Shown here: piece after piece, positions 17,025-26,186 of the stretch
Layout: the number at the start of each line of letters is the position of its first letter
How positions within the stretch are numbered: the stretch's first letter is position 1
Source: a virus
Lineage: Duplodnaviria; Caudoviricetes
IMG/VR virus record: IMGVR_UViG_3300030376_006176
Location: 1-37,646 of that record
Direction: 5' to 3' (one strand)
DNA: 37,646 nucleotides
Notes under the pieces: generated by a model
Told to the model about the DNA's origin: nothing
The model's database searches: none
What the model saw: the letters and a program-made list of their open reading frames with translations, nothing else
Made by a program: the position numbers and the translations under genes

Positions 17025-17174
17025 TTATGTGTAAGCCATCTGATCTGCAGCTTGTTTCCGCTTATTGCTTTTGCTTGCATGTTTTACTTTTACACCTTGT
17101 TTTTTAGCTTCTTTTGCCGCGGCCTTTTCGCCATCTTTGGTGTATGCGAAATGTTTATCACCTACTTGTGGCAC
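17025..17174 (-). CDS. Small basic protein (49 aa, MPQVGDKHFAYTKDGEKAAAKEAKKQG...)
   Basis: Manually translated; GTG start with GGAGGT RBS; absent from the ORF track. Confidence 0.75.
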   Translation of the reverse strand: MPQVGDKHFAYTKDGEKAAAKEAKKQGVKVKHASKSNKRKQAADQMAYT

Positions 17175-17402
17175 TTACCACCTCCATTCCATGCCTACCG
17201 TGCCTTGCCAATCGGCGGTATTTCCCCACTTGGCTCCTGCACTGAGTGCTGCTGTAAGGTCGAAGTCTCTTCCGACCGTATGTCGAGCAGCAAGACCAGC
17301 ATCCCACCTGTCACTATTCCCGCTAAGAAGCAGGTCAAGACCGCCAGCGTCGCCAGGGCGCAGTACAACTGGTGCTAACTTTCTGAGTCCGAGGGCTTTC
17401 CC
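17175..17402 (-). CDS. Putative -1 frameshift extension of the holin: four amphipathic beta-strands ending in GTVGMEWRW
   Basis: Open -1 frame from GGGAAAG (17402-17396) to TAA (17177-17175), abutting the next start codon; no ATG/GTG/TTG in frame except 5 codons from the end. Confidence 0.75.
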   Translation of the reverse strand, partial: GKALGLRKLAPVVLRPGDAGGLDLLLSGNSDRWDAGLAARHTVGRDFDLTAALSAGAKWGNTADWQGTVGMEWRW

Positions 17403-17605
17403 GCAGAAGCAGCAGCCTCCACAGCGGCCCGCTTTTGCTTTGCTACATCTTCCATAGAGATGCCCAAGACACCTCCCAAAGCACCCAATACGCTAGCAAC
17501 GACTGCTTCAGTTGGTAAGGATGGAAAAAAGTGACTCAGCAATACAGGCAGCAACGCTGCTAAGATGGCTAGCCACAGCTTGCGAGATTTAATTTTGTTA
17601 GACAC
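17375..17605 (-). CDS. Holin-like protein (two hydrophobic segments)
   Basis: AGGAGG RBS, GTG start, KIKSRKLW motif typical of small holins, two hydrophobic stretches, charged tail. Confidence 0.75.
   Translation of the reverse strand: MSNKIKSRKLWLAILAALLPVLLSHFFPSLPTEAVVASVLGALGGVLGISMEDVAKQKRAAVEAAASAGKPSDSES
17396..17420 (-). promoter_or_regulatory. Programmed -1 frameshift signal: internal SD GGAGG, 13 nt spacer, G GGA AAG
   Basis: GGAGG at 17420-17416 and GGGAAAG at 17402-17396, in the correct X XXY YYZ phase of the holin frame. Confidence 0.7.
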
Positions 17606-17614
17606 AAGTGCCTC

Positions 17615-18964
17615 CTACGAGTGAGCCGGTATTCCGGCAGTGTAATTTTGAATAACTTGGTCAGGGCTCAGAGTCGCATTGTAAAACCGAACAGTATTGC
17701 ATCGGCCTTCAAGATAATCGTCGCCGCCACTTGATGCACTCCGGCCGACTTCCCAGTTAGCGGAGTCATTATCCATTGCTCCGCCGGTTGCTACCGATCC
17801 TTCAAGTGCGCCGTCTACATACAAACGCAACGTCGTGCCATCGTGCGTGACCACATAGTGATGCCAGTTGTTGTCGGCGTAATCCCCTGACCCAGTAGCA
17901 GACTTGAGGGAACCCCCCACGAAGATTCCGGCAAAGGGATTTCCCGTAATGTCCGACTGACTCAAAATAAAACACCTATTTGATCCGTCGTCACGAGAAA
18001 CTAATCGCTCAAACCCTTGACTTGAGTCGGAGTTTTGAGAGCCCCACGCCTCAATCGACCAGTTGTTTGTAAACTGTAGATTGGAAGGGTTGCCAATCGT
18101 GTAATAATCATCGCCATCAAATACTGGTGGAGTCGTCACATCGCCTGTCATATTGTTAGAACTTCCCGTGTCTGCCCACGCAGTAGGAGTTTGCCCTGTT
18201 GGCAAATACTGACTAACAAGATTTTGCGTTACTACTACGCCACCTAAATGCGATGCTAAACCTGCAGAGTAGTTGGTATAAACTTCACCCGCTGACAGCA
18301 CCCGTTTATACACACGCACTGTATCAATGAATCCGGTCCATCGGTTATATGTGCTGCCAGCAATTTCAAAGATGTCGCCATCAGCAAAATTCTGCACAGA
18401 CTGCGCATCTGTCTGCACTCCATTCAGGTAGTGACGGCAATAACCTTTTACACCAGTCTCAAAATCAGGCTCCCAAGTAATAGCAATATGATTCCACATA
18501 TCGCCAATAATATTAGGTATTACATCCTGAAGACTAAAATAGTTTGGGTTGTAAGCATCCCAATCTAATGGACCAGATACAGCTGAAGCATTTTCACGAT
18601 GAACCCAGCCACCGTTAGCTGGTGTAGTTTTGCGACAGCCCCACAAAGTAACCTGCCCCAGCTCAAGGGCATCACGAGTTACCCAGCCATCAACAGTCCA
18701 AGCCTCACCCGGTTTGATAACATTGCCTGCGTAGGCAGTGCTTACCATATCATCGGTGCTAGTACCTGCAGCGCCGCCCCGAAAATAATAGTTAGCAAGA
18801 CATGCTCCGGCATTGTTGGCCGTGCCGTTGTTACCGTTACCTGAAATGTCATACCAAGTTGCTGTAGCTTCATTGCCACTGCGGTTTGTAAACCACAAGT
18901 CAGCGTCCGTGCTGGGTGAAACAACGCCAACACCAAGTGCTGGTATTACATGCTTACGCTTCAC
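17615..18964 (-). CDS. Tandem LamG/concanavalin-like domain protein, probable receptor-binding protein
   Basis: WYDISGNGNNGT, WNHIAITW, WHHYVVTHDGTTLRLYVDG, and two TVRxY..xLS..xV..NY.AG domain ends. Confidence 0.8.
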   Translation of the reverse strand: MKRKHVIPALGVGVVSPSTDADLWFTNRSGNEATATWYDISGNGNNGTANNAGACLANYYFRGGAAGTSTDDMVSTAYAGNVIKPGEAWTVDGWVTRDALELGQVTLWGCRKTTPANGGWVHRENASAVSGPLDWDAYNPNYFSLQDVIPNIIGDMWNHIAITWEPDFETGVKGYCRHYLNGVQTDAQSVQNFADGDIFEIAGSTYNRWTGFIDTVRVYKRVLSAGEVYTNYSAGLASHLGGVVVTQNLVSQYLPTGQTPTAWADTGSSNNMTGDVTTPPVFDGDDYYTIGNPSNLQFTNNWSIEAWGSQNSDSSQGFERLVSRDDGSNRCFILSQSDITGNPFAGIFVGGSLKSATGSGDYADNNWHHYVVTHDGTTLRLYVDGALEGSVATGGAMDNDSANWEVGRSASSGGDDYLEGRCNTVRFYNATLSPDQVIQNYTAGIPAHS

Positions 18965-19272
18965 GAGTAATAGACACAGTAAATAGTTTGCGCCGCAGTG
19001 CCACGCACAACAACAGTGGGGTTTTGGCCAAGAGCTGTTTCAAACGCAGCGCCAGGCAGAAGCACAATGCCCTCACCTACTGCAGCACTTCCATTATTAC
19101 TGACATACACAGGCTGAGTGCCGTTATTGCTAATAATAATGTACGTCGGATTACCAAACGCAGCTCGCTCCGATAACTTTTGCGCAGTACCGTCGATTGC
19201 AAACTGCTCAGTCGTTGTGCGCTTGTCCCATAATGGGTTGTTGGCGTTTTGTTTGTCGTTGTAACTTGCCAT
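18961..19272 (-). CDS. Small beta-rich putative virion protein
   Basis: 103 aa; IIISNNGTQPVYVS, GIVLLPG; AGGA RBS; overlaps the LamG gene start. Confidence 0.65.
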   Translation of the reverse strand: MASYNDKQNANNPLWDKRTTTEQFAIDGTAQKLSERAAFGNPTYIIISNNGTQPVYVSNNGSAAVGEGIVLLPGAAFETALGQNPTVVVRGTAAQTIYCVYYS

Positions 19273-19286
19273 TGTATATTCCTACC

Positions 19287-19676
19287 TTATCCACGCCACC
19301 GAGCAGGTCCGCTTGGTCGCATGTCATAATGAACAAAAGTGTTATAAGTCCCTATACCACCGTTAGGGATTTTTCCAGAGGCCGCTAACCCACTAACTAC
19401 GGCAATCAACCGATTCAAATCAGTGCTCTTACCACTAGCTGGAGCTAGGTCAGCAGCTAACGCTTCTAAGTGTTGCGAGTTGCGAACACCGCCTATTTTG
19501 GCATTGTGTTCCGGTGAACGATAGCCACTGTTTACACGGATCGGCTTGCCAAACGACTCGCGTATAGTCTGCAACGTCCACGCTAAATGGCGCAACCGAT
19601 CAGGGTAGGGGCAGTCTGCGCCTGAGCGACAAGCGAGCTCAGACTCTTTGAAGTTGGGCGGGTAACCACTACTCAT
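19287..19676 (-). CDS. Peptidase M15-family (YcbK-like) endolysin
   Basis: IRVNSGYRSPEHN, SQH...AAD, GGIGTY..FVHYDMR zinc-peptidase motifs. Confidence 0.88.
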   Translation of the reverse strand: MSSGYPPNFKESELACRSGADCPYPDRLRHLAWTLQTIRESFGKPIRVNSGYRSPEHNAKIGGVRNSQHLEALAADLAPASGKSTDLNRLIAVVSGLAASGKIPNGGIGTYNTFVHYDMRPSGPARWRG

Positions 19677-22600
19677 TCCATCTCCTCCATTGCTTCTAAT
19701 GCGCCTGAATCAGGGCTAACACGAAGCTGCTCCGAGTGCTCAAGAGCATTCATAAAGTCTTTAGACTCTTCTTGGATAATCGTCATTTCCATACGAATTC
19801 GCTTTAGCGTTTCTTGGTAGCTTTCTACAAGCTGATCTGCGTCATCGTGCAATCCAAGTTGGCGTAACTTCTTTAGTTTCATTTTGAGCGCACCAGCTAA
19901 TGAACGCTCCATTTCTCGACGCACGTTTTTGGCATACCAACCAACTCGGTTTTGCGCTTTAGCGTCACGCCAACCTAAACCACTAAGCGTGCGGAATGCC
20001 CAAGGCCCAAAGTCTTCACGCTCATTTGGGTCACGACTTTGCGCATAAAACCGCTGACTCATTAGTGAGCCTTCATCAAAAACACCCGTACCCTGCAATG
20101 CAACATCAACTGCTTTAGTTGGCAACTGACCAAATAAAACCGGCAACATTTGTCGGACCCATTCCTGGCTAGTCATTGGCCGACCATAACGATTACGCAT
20201 GTGAATGCCTTGATAAATACCTTCAATAATAGGGCCGCCTGCCATTGCGGCCATGGTAAACACGTCTTTCATTTGAGCCACATCACCTTTAGCCATACGT
20301 TGCACTAATCGCTTTTGCGATTTGTTCAGATCCTCAAAGTCTTCAGCTTCTAACCGTCGAGCCATTAGGCTCCCAACAACTCTGAGCGTGTGCATTCCAG
20401 GGCTAAAGAAATCGGTGTTGTTCATGCGCATGTAAGTAAAATAACCAGGGTTGCTTGCTTCATAAAACAAACCTGACCCATAAGGCTGGCCTTGCAGCTT
20501 GATAAGCTGGCGCATTAGCTCCCGGTTTTCATTGAGCGATTGACGCATACCATTGAACATTAGCATTCTACGCGCCTGGGTATACAACGATTGACGCAAT
20601 GCGCCGCCAGTCAACGCTTGGTTATTTGTCACAAACACAGGGTCATCAATAAGGGTGCGGTAAATCAGCCCTTTCTTTCCTGGAAAATCCATTACCCGCC
20701 AAAACCAAGTAACGAATGGACTGGCAATAGACAGCGGCCCAAGCTGTCGCATCATCATTAGCAGGCCAGGAACCTGGGTGTAATCAACAAACAAATCAAA
20801 CGCCCTGCGCACAGATGCAGCAGCAATTGTTCGGTCTAAACTTTCTGGCGTCATCTCATCTAAACCACGCATAATTTTACCACCAGTCTTGACCAGTGTT
20901 GTATGCGCTGTAGGGCTAGTTCTAAATCGTATGTACTCACCGTCGTCTAAACGTTCAATGGCAGTAGCAATCTCTCTAAACGTGCGTGATGCTTCGTAGA
21001 TTTTGAACGACTGGTCGCCCCACTTGTAACCCTCTTTCATTGCTTTATCGTATGCTTTCCAGGCCTTTTTAGCAGGCTCACCCAGCATGTTTGCTGCTTG
21101 CTGGAAACGGCCGTATGGACTGCTGTCTGAAACCCTGCGCATTACACCCAGTTCAGCATCAACTAGATCAGACGAAAACAGCTTTGAATAATCTATAGCT
21201 TTGTAAGTGCGCATATCCATTGGGCTAAGGGTTTTACCCTTTTTGTACTCAAGATATTTGCGTGCTTCGTTAGTTGTATTGAAAATCACCCGCATTGGGG
21301 AGTGACCTAAACGCAAGCTGTCTACACCAACATTGCTCATGTAGTTTCCTACATGCGTAGAAGGGTTGTGCACTGTTAGATTAGCTTTGATTAGGCTGCT
21401 AAAGTTATTGAGCGAATCAAACACTGGACCGCCCCAGCGCCTGCTTAGTGTGTTCCACCACACAGTAGCATTGAACCCTGGGGATACATAAACAACGTTA
21501 GTAGCTTTACCTGCTGCTTCAGACGCCATTGTTCCAACATCTTGTTCAATCTGCGGCCATGTGCGCAACTCTTCATCAGGCATAAACTTAGCGGTATCGT
21601 CAGTAAAAGGCTCGTACCTTTCAATGCGGTTTGCTTGGTCATCTAAACGGCGTCGTAACTCGATTTGTTCTTGGCGGGTAAGCGCACGACCAGCACGCTT
21701 TTCTGCTGCTGCTACTAAATCCGGCAATGAACCACGCATACCTTCAGCTACATTTTTAGGTAACATACCACGAGGTAGTGCCTGGTTGAGTGACTGGCCT
21801 TCTAATATGGTTTCTTTGGCTAGGCTCGCCCCATATTTTGGAGCCATAATATTGCCTTTGCCATACTGTATTTGCAGATCCATTTCTTGAGTTACATTGC
21901 GTTTAGTTTCTTTTCGCAACGCTTGTTCAAATGCAACCTTGCTTGCGTCTTCACCTGCTTGACGAGTAATGCGACCGATTACTTCTGCACGAACAGCCGC
22001 TCGCTCTGCGGGTTTCATGCTAGATACTGTACCCTCTAGTGCGTCTGATAAACTAATCCATTGATTGTTAGGCAAGCGCAACTGACCTGGTTTGCGCATT
22101 ACTAACTGACTAGTAGCAGCGCCTGCAGGCCCACGCATTTCAGTTGAAACCGGAGCCTCTTCAAATCGCTCTAATAGATTTTTCTGCAAAGCAGCTGCCG
22201 CATTTACAGCGTCTTTACCTTTGAGTTTATTTTTGGTGATTACAAAATCAACAAGGCGATTACGAACAGCTTCTGACATAAGCAATGTAGCGCCGTCAGT
22301 CATTGCATCGAACACAGCAACCTGGAACTCAGGAAACTTATTCTTTGCAATCTCCAGTTCATCCATGTTTTGAAAAATGTTCTTCATGGCCTGAGCAGTT
22401 TGCGGCGACAGTTCTGGAATAGGTATTTCAACCTCTTTGCTTATTCGGCTGCTAGCGCGTGTTTGATCTAAATACTGTTGTTGCAGTGGCGACAGGGGTT
22501 TATCATCTAGTTTTGCATTGAGTCTTTGTGACAAACGCTCAGAAGGCCGGTAGGTAGCCTGCTCGGCTGGATCAATTGCAAACTTGAACTCATCAGCAGT

Positions 22601-23857
22601 CGCACGCACTCCGCCAATTCTATTTTCTGATACCTCATCCGCAGCACGAGCTAAGGCTTCACCTTCACGATTTATGATTGCTCGCATTTTTGCTGGCTCG
22701 CGTAACAACTGACGCACCTGTTGCTCGTCAGCAATCAATGCTTGCGCTGCCGGATCTGCAAAAAATCTTCTAACTTTTGCTAGATTGCGAGCGCCTGCTG
22801 GAGTTGCTTCTGCAGTGCCCCATAAATACCGAGCTAATGGTGCAGCTAAAGCAGGCTCAATAACACCAAACGGCAATCCTGCTGCAGCACCAGACGCCAT
22901 GCTTGACGCTAAATCGCCTACCGTCAAAGGGTCGCCTTCAGGTGCCTTAGCAAATGGCGCATCCGGGCTACCCGGTGGAGGCTCATCAACACCTCGCAAC
23001 ACTCGATCACGCATTGCTGCACGTTCAGCTGCGGTTTCGAGCCCTACTTCTACCGGCCGACGTTTGACTGGTTGCCTCATACCAGGAAGGCCAGGCACTT
23101 CTATTCCGCCAAGCTGTGACAATAAGTTACGACCAGTGCCTCGGCCGCTTTTGCCTGTATCTGCTTCTAGTTTCTGCAAAGCCCTGCGTGCTACAGGATC
23201 TCCGCTTCTAGCTCGTGTGCGCAAACTCAAAAGCGTTGCTAGCACATCGCCTGGACGGCCATATAATGACCGAACAGGGCTCATAACCATTGCTGCTGTC
23301 CCACCGATTGCGCCAGCCGCCAACATGCTACCCGTTTCACGGCCTTGTTCTTTGTCTGATTGACCTGGCGCTGTTGGAGAATACCCGCTGGCTGTTGCTA
23401 AAATGTGCAGAGTGCCTTCGCGTAAATCTAAAAGATTAGCTTGGAAGTTATCTAGAAAATCTTTGTCTTGAGTTTGTTCGAGCATTTGCTCGTAGTCTGC
23501 ACGCGCTCGATCAACCGCACCGCCTTCAACATAAGACCCTGGCGACAGCACAGTTTCTGCAACACCCTGTGCCATACCAACCATTCTTGGTACAAACCGA
23601 GTTGCCTTAGATGCTACATCAGCAACATAACTACCTAATCCAACTTCTTCTTTAGGTGTTTCTAATGCTGCTGCTGCTTGCTCAGTTGCTTGTTCTGCAA
23701 AGTTTGGAACCTCATCATTCATATTGAAATCTGACAGGTTGCGCCCCGTAGATTCCTTAAAAACACGCACGAAATCTGCGATAACTTCATCGCTTGCTTT
23801 ACCGCGATTTTCTGGTTGTGTTTTGAATGCCTCAAAGGCCTCTGTGAAAGTTGGCAT
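19673..23857 (-). CDS. Large internal virion (DNA ejection) protein
   Basis: 1394 aa, mostly helical, last and largest of three genes after the tail block, as in podophage ejectosomes. Confidence 0.65.
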   Translation of the reverse strand: MPTFTEAFEAFKTQPENRGKASDEVIADFVRVFKESTGRNLSDFNMNDEVPNFAEQATEQAAAALETPKEEVGLGSYVADVASKATRFVPRMVGMAQGVAETVLSPGSYVEGGAVDRARADYEQMLEQTQDKDFLDNFQANLLDLREGTLHILATASGYSPTAPGQSDKEQGRETGSMLAAGAIGGTAAMVMSPVRSLYGRPGDVLATLLSLRTRARSGDPVARRALQKLEADTGKSGRGTGRNLLSQLGGIEVPGLPGMRQPVKRRPVEVGLETAAERAAMRDRVLRGVDEPPPGSPDAPFAKAPEGDPLTVGDLASSMASGAAAGLPFGVIEPALAAPLARYLWGTAEATPAGARNLAKVRRFFADPAAQALIADEQQVRQLLREPAKMRAIINREGEALARAADEVSENRIGGVRATADEFKFAIDPAEQATYRPSERLSQRLNAKLDDKPLSPLQQQYLDQTRASSRISKEVEIPIPELSPQTAQAMKNIFQNMDELEIAKNKFPEFQVAVFDAMTDGATLLMSEAVRNRLVDFVITKNKLKGKDAVNAAAALQKNLLERFEEAPVSTEMRGPAGAATSQLVMRKPGQLRLPNNQWISLSDALEGTVSSMKPAERAAVRAEVIGRITRQAGEDASKVAFEQALRKETKRNVTQEMDLQIQYGKGNIMAPKYGASLAKETILEGQSLNQALPRGMLPKNVAEGMRGSLPDLVAAAEKRAGRALTRQEQIELRRRLDDQANRIERYEPFTDDTAKFMPDEELRTWPQIEQDVGTMASEAAGKATNVVYVSPGFNATVWWNTLSRRWGGPVFDSLNNFSSLIKANLTVHNPSTHVGNYMSNVGVDSLRLGHSPMRVIFNTTNEARKYLEYKKGKTLSPMDMRTYKAIDYSKLFSSDLVDAELGVMRRVSDSSPYGRFQQAANMLGEPAKKAWKAYDKAMKEGYKWGDQSFKIYEASRTFREIATAIERLDDGEYIRFRTSPTAHTTLVKTGGKIMRGLDEMTPESLDRTIAAASVRRAFDLFVDYTQVPGLLMMMRQLGPLSIASPFVTWFWRVMDFPGKKGLIYRTLIDDPVFVTNNQALTGGALRQSLYTQARRMLMFNGMRQSLNENRELMRQLIKLQGQPYGSGLFYEASNPGYFTYMRMNNTDFFSPGMHTLRVVGSLMARRLEAEDFEDLNKSQKRLVQRMAKGDVAQMKDVFTMAAMAGGPIIEGIYQGIHMRNRYGRPMTSQEWVRQMLPVLFGQLPTKAVDVALQGTGVFDEGSLMSQRFYAQSRDPNEREDFGPWAFRTLSGLGWRDAKAQNRVGWYAKNVRREMERSLAGALKMKLKKLRQLGLHDDADQLVESYQETLKRIRMEMTIIQEESKDFMNALEHSEQLRVSPDSGALEAMEEME

Positions 23858-26184
23858 TAGGGTACAGATTTGCGTTTAGGAATTGAAACCCCACCAGCTT
23901 TGACAGATCCAGTTTTGCTTTGGCGTTTGGTGTTGCGCTTTTTGGGGATACTAACAGGGCTGCTGCCAGATCGCATTCTGCCTGAAATCCTACGCCATTT
24001 GTTAGTCCACGACCCTGGGGGCACTGCATAGTGTTTTGGTTTAGACTGTAAAGCTGCGCCTTCTTCTAGCGCGTTTTCATACTCAGCAATTTCAAACTCA
24101 ATGTTATCAAGTTGCTCGTTTATTGCTTCTTGCATGCGCGGTAAATCATTGCGGTATTTACCAGCAACTGCGCGTGCTTCTGTCCATGCAATTTTGCGTT
24201 CATCAAACTCATCTTGCGATTCCATTTGATCTTTGCGCGGCTTGCTAAACTCTTTAGAGTTCACATCACCACCTGATCGCATAAGTAAATCTAAAGACTT
24301 TTCTAATGCTGCTCTGCGTTTACTGCGACTAGCAATGTTGCCTTCAATAACTTTGAATGGGCGTTTCCATAAATCTGGTACGTTTGTTCTGCTTAGCCGC
24401 GGAGCTTTTTTAGCAGGCATACGGTCATAGTAACGTGCCTGCGATTTCTTTAGGTCAATCCCAGCTTGTTGCGCTGGCGTAACTTTAGATTGTTTTGGAA
24501 ATGCTGCTTCGATTTGTTTCAATGCACGTTGCTTGTAAGAACCCGTAAACAAATCACCTAAGCTGGTCCACGGGATCTGCGTGCTGTCCTCTAAAGCAAC
24601 TGTTCTAATCCAGTTGCGATCAGCATCTGATTTCACATTGCGCGCTGCAAGCATAAGATTGTTTAGATTAGGGTTAGATGGACGCACGCCAGGCACAACT
24701 AAAGTACCAGCGTCTACTAACTTGCGTTGTTCTACCAACTGCTGTGCACCAAGCGGCGCAAGTTCTGGTTTTGGCGGTAAATCCCCAACTGGAGTTAGGG
24801 TCGGAACAGGACCACCTTTAGCTTTGGCTTGTCGTGCAGCCCAATCTAAACGCTCTTGAACAGTAATACCGCCATCGGTGCTGCCAGGCGCATCAACACC
24901 TCGGTTTTTATCGTATGCTTCAGTGCCTGCCGCATACATAACAGTGTCTGTTGGCTTACCAGCATGAGCTGGCCCAAACACAGCAAGGTCAACGTGGTCC
25001 GCATTTGTATAATCAAGTTTTGGAAACATTCCTTTTTGACGCATGAAATAGTCTTCAACATACTTTAGCTGATCGACCGGATTCATTTGTCGTAACGCTT
25101 CTGAAGATGTGTCAATAGCACGAGCCTGTTGATCGATGATTTGAATCAACCCACTAGCCGTACTAATAGGATTGCCAAGTTTATCTATTGGTTGCGCAGT
25201 GGCATCCATGCTTGATTCTGCAAACATAACATCAGCTAATGCTTGTACGTCCATACCTAAGCGTTGCGCTACAGCACGCAGTTCAGCATTGAATGCTCGG
25301 TTGCGTAACAGATCCATGCCTTTAAGATTTTGTGCCTGCGCTTTATCTACTGACGTGCCACGCATTTGCGTGTCCATCATGTCTTGATATGCGCCTTGCT
25401 GCAGAGCCAAAGCAACTTGTCTGCGCTTGTCTTCTGCGCCAAACAATGCCTGTGTTTCTGGCCCAATGCCTGCAGCTTGCGCAGCTGTCATACCAGGTTG
25501 TTGCGCAGATGGTGCTGGAGCAGCGGGAGCAGCAGCAGCGGGAGCAGCAGCAGCGGGAGCAGGCATAGCGCGCACACCGGCAATTTGTTTGTCTATAAAA
25601 TTTATATTCTTATACAGTATTTCCAACTCACGCAGTGCTGTTACATGGTCAGGATGATCTGGCGGTAACTCAAGAGCAGCTTCGTGTTTTTTACTTTCTG
25701 TAACCAGGAATCCTTTTTGCTTTATGAGCATAGGTAATTTTTCGCGTGTCAAACCTTGTGCTTCACGCGGAACTATTTGTCGCCCTGATTCACGAGCAGT
25801 AGTCGTAGGTGGAGCCACAGCAGCTCCGCCTTGTGCTCCTGGAACAGGAGCTGCAGCAGGTGGCTTAGGCAAAACCTTGCCCTCTGCTAAGGCTTTGACA
25901 CGCGCAGCTTCGCTCATTGGATCAGGCTGTGTAAGACCCATTTTGTCAGACGCTGCACGCACGCCTTGTTTAGCCAAACTATAAGCTGCTTTTGGAAGCG
26001 TTACTAACGGTGAACCACTAGCTCCTAATGGAGACTTGAGCGCAGCGTCAGTAATCTTTACGCCCTGACCGATTTGCGTCATGAGTTTACCGTAGTCATA
26101 CGGCTTTACGGTTTCCATGCCACGGGTCATTTCACCGCGCTTGTAGTTGAATACGTCTCCGCGCCCGGTAAGAACCCGCCCCAT
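23857..26184 (-). CDS. Ejection protein with central lysozyme-like/lytic transglycosylase domain
   Basis: LADVMFAESS (catalytic Glu), ASGLIQI, QLKYVEDYF, DGGITVQE around 24860-25290. Confidence 0.75.
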   Translation of the reverse strand: MGRVLTGRGDVFNYKRGEMTRGMETVKPYDYGKLMTQIGQGVKITDAALKSPLGASGSPLVTLPKAAYSLAKQGVRAASDKMGLTQPDPMSEAARVKALAEGKVLPKPPAAAPVPGAQGGAAVAPPTTTARESGRQIVPREAQGLTREKLPMLIKQKGFLVTESKKHEAALELPPDHPDHVTALRELEILYKNINFIDKQIAGVRAMPAPAAAAPAAAAPAAPAPSAQQPGMTAAQAAGIGPETQALFGAEDKRRQVALALQQGAYQDMMDTQMRGTSVDKAQAQNLKGMDLLRNRAFNAELRAVAQRLGMDVQALADVMFAESSMDATAQPIDKLGNPISTASGLIQIIDQQARAIDTSSEALRQMNPVDQLKYVEDYFMRQKGMFPKLDYTNADHVDLAVFGPAHAGKPTDTVMYAAGTEAYDKNRGVDAPGSTDGGITVQERLDWAARQAKAKGGPVPTLTPVGDLPPKPELAPLGAQQLVEQRKLVDAGTLVVPGVRPSNPNLNNLMLAARNVKSDADRNWIRTVALEDSTQIPWTSLGDLFTGSYKQRALKQIEAAFPKQSKVTPAQQAGIDLKKSQARYYDRMPAKKAPRLSRTNVPDLWKRPFKVIEGNIASRSKRRAALEKSLDLLMRSGGDVNSKEFSKPRKDQMESQDEFDERKIAWTEARAVAGKYRNDLPRMQEAINEQLDNIEFEIAEYENALEEGAALQSKPKHYAVPPGSWTNKWRRISGRMRSGSSPVSIPKKRNTKRQSKTGSVKAGGVSIPKRKSVP
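25517..25562. repeat. 15-bp tandem repeat encoding a PAAAA linker
   Basis: gcagcagcagcggga units giving PAPAAAAPAAAAPAAP. Confidence 0.8.
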
Positions 26185-26186
26185 AG

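Noticed and set aside
17019-17457. Plus-strand ORFs of 119 and 130 aa
   Set aside because: They are antisense shadows of the minus-strand genes, with no RBS and implausible composition.
17375-17605. Tail assembly chaperone G/GT frameshift
   Set aside because: The heptamer is the same, but the protein is hydrophobic and holin-like, and the genome has no tape measure or tail tube genes.
22785-23363. 192-aa antisense ORF in the large ejection gene
   Set aside because: Typical shadow frame of an Ala/Gly/Pro-rich coding region, with no independent signals.
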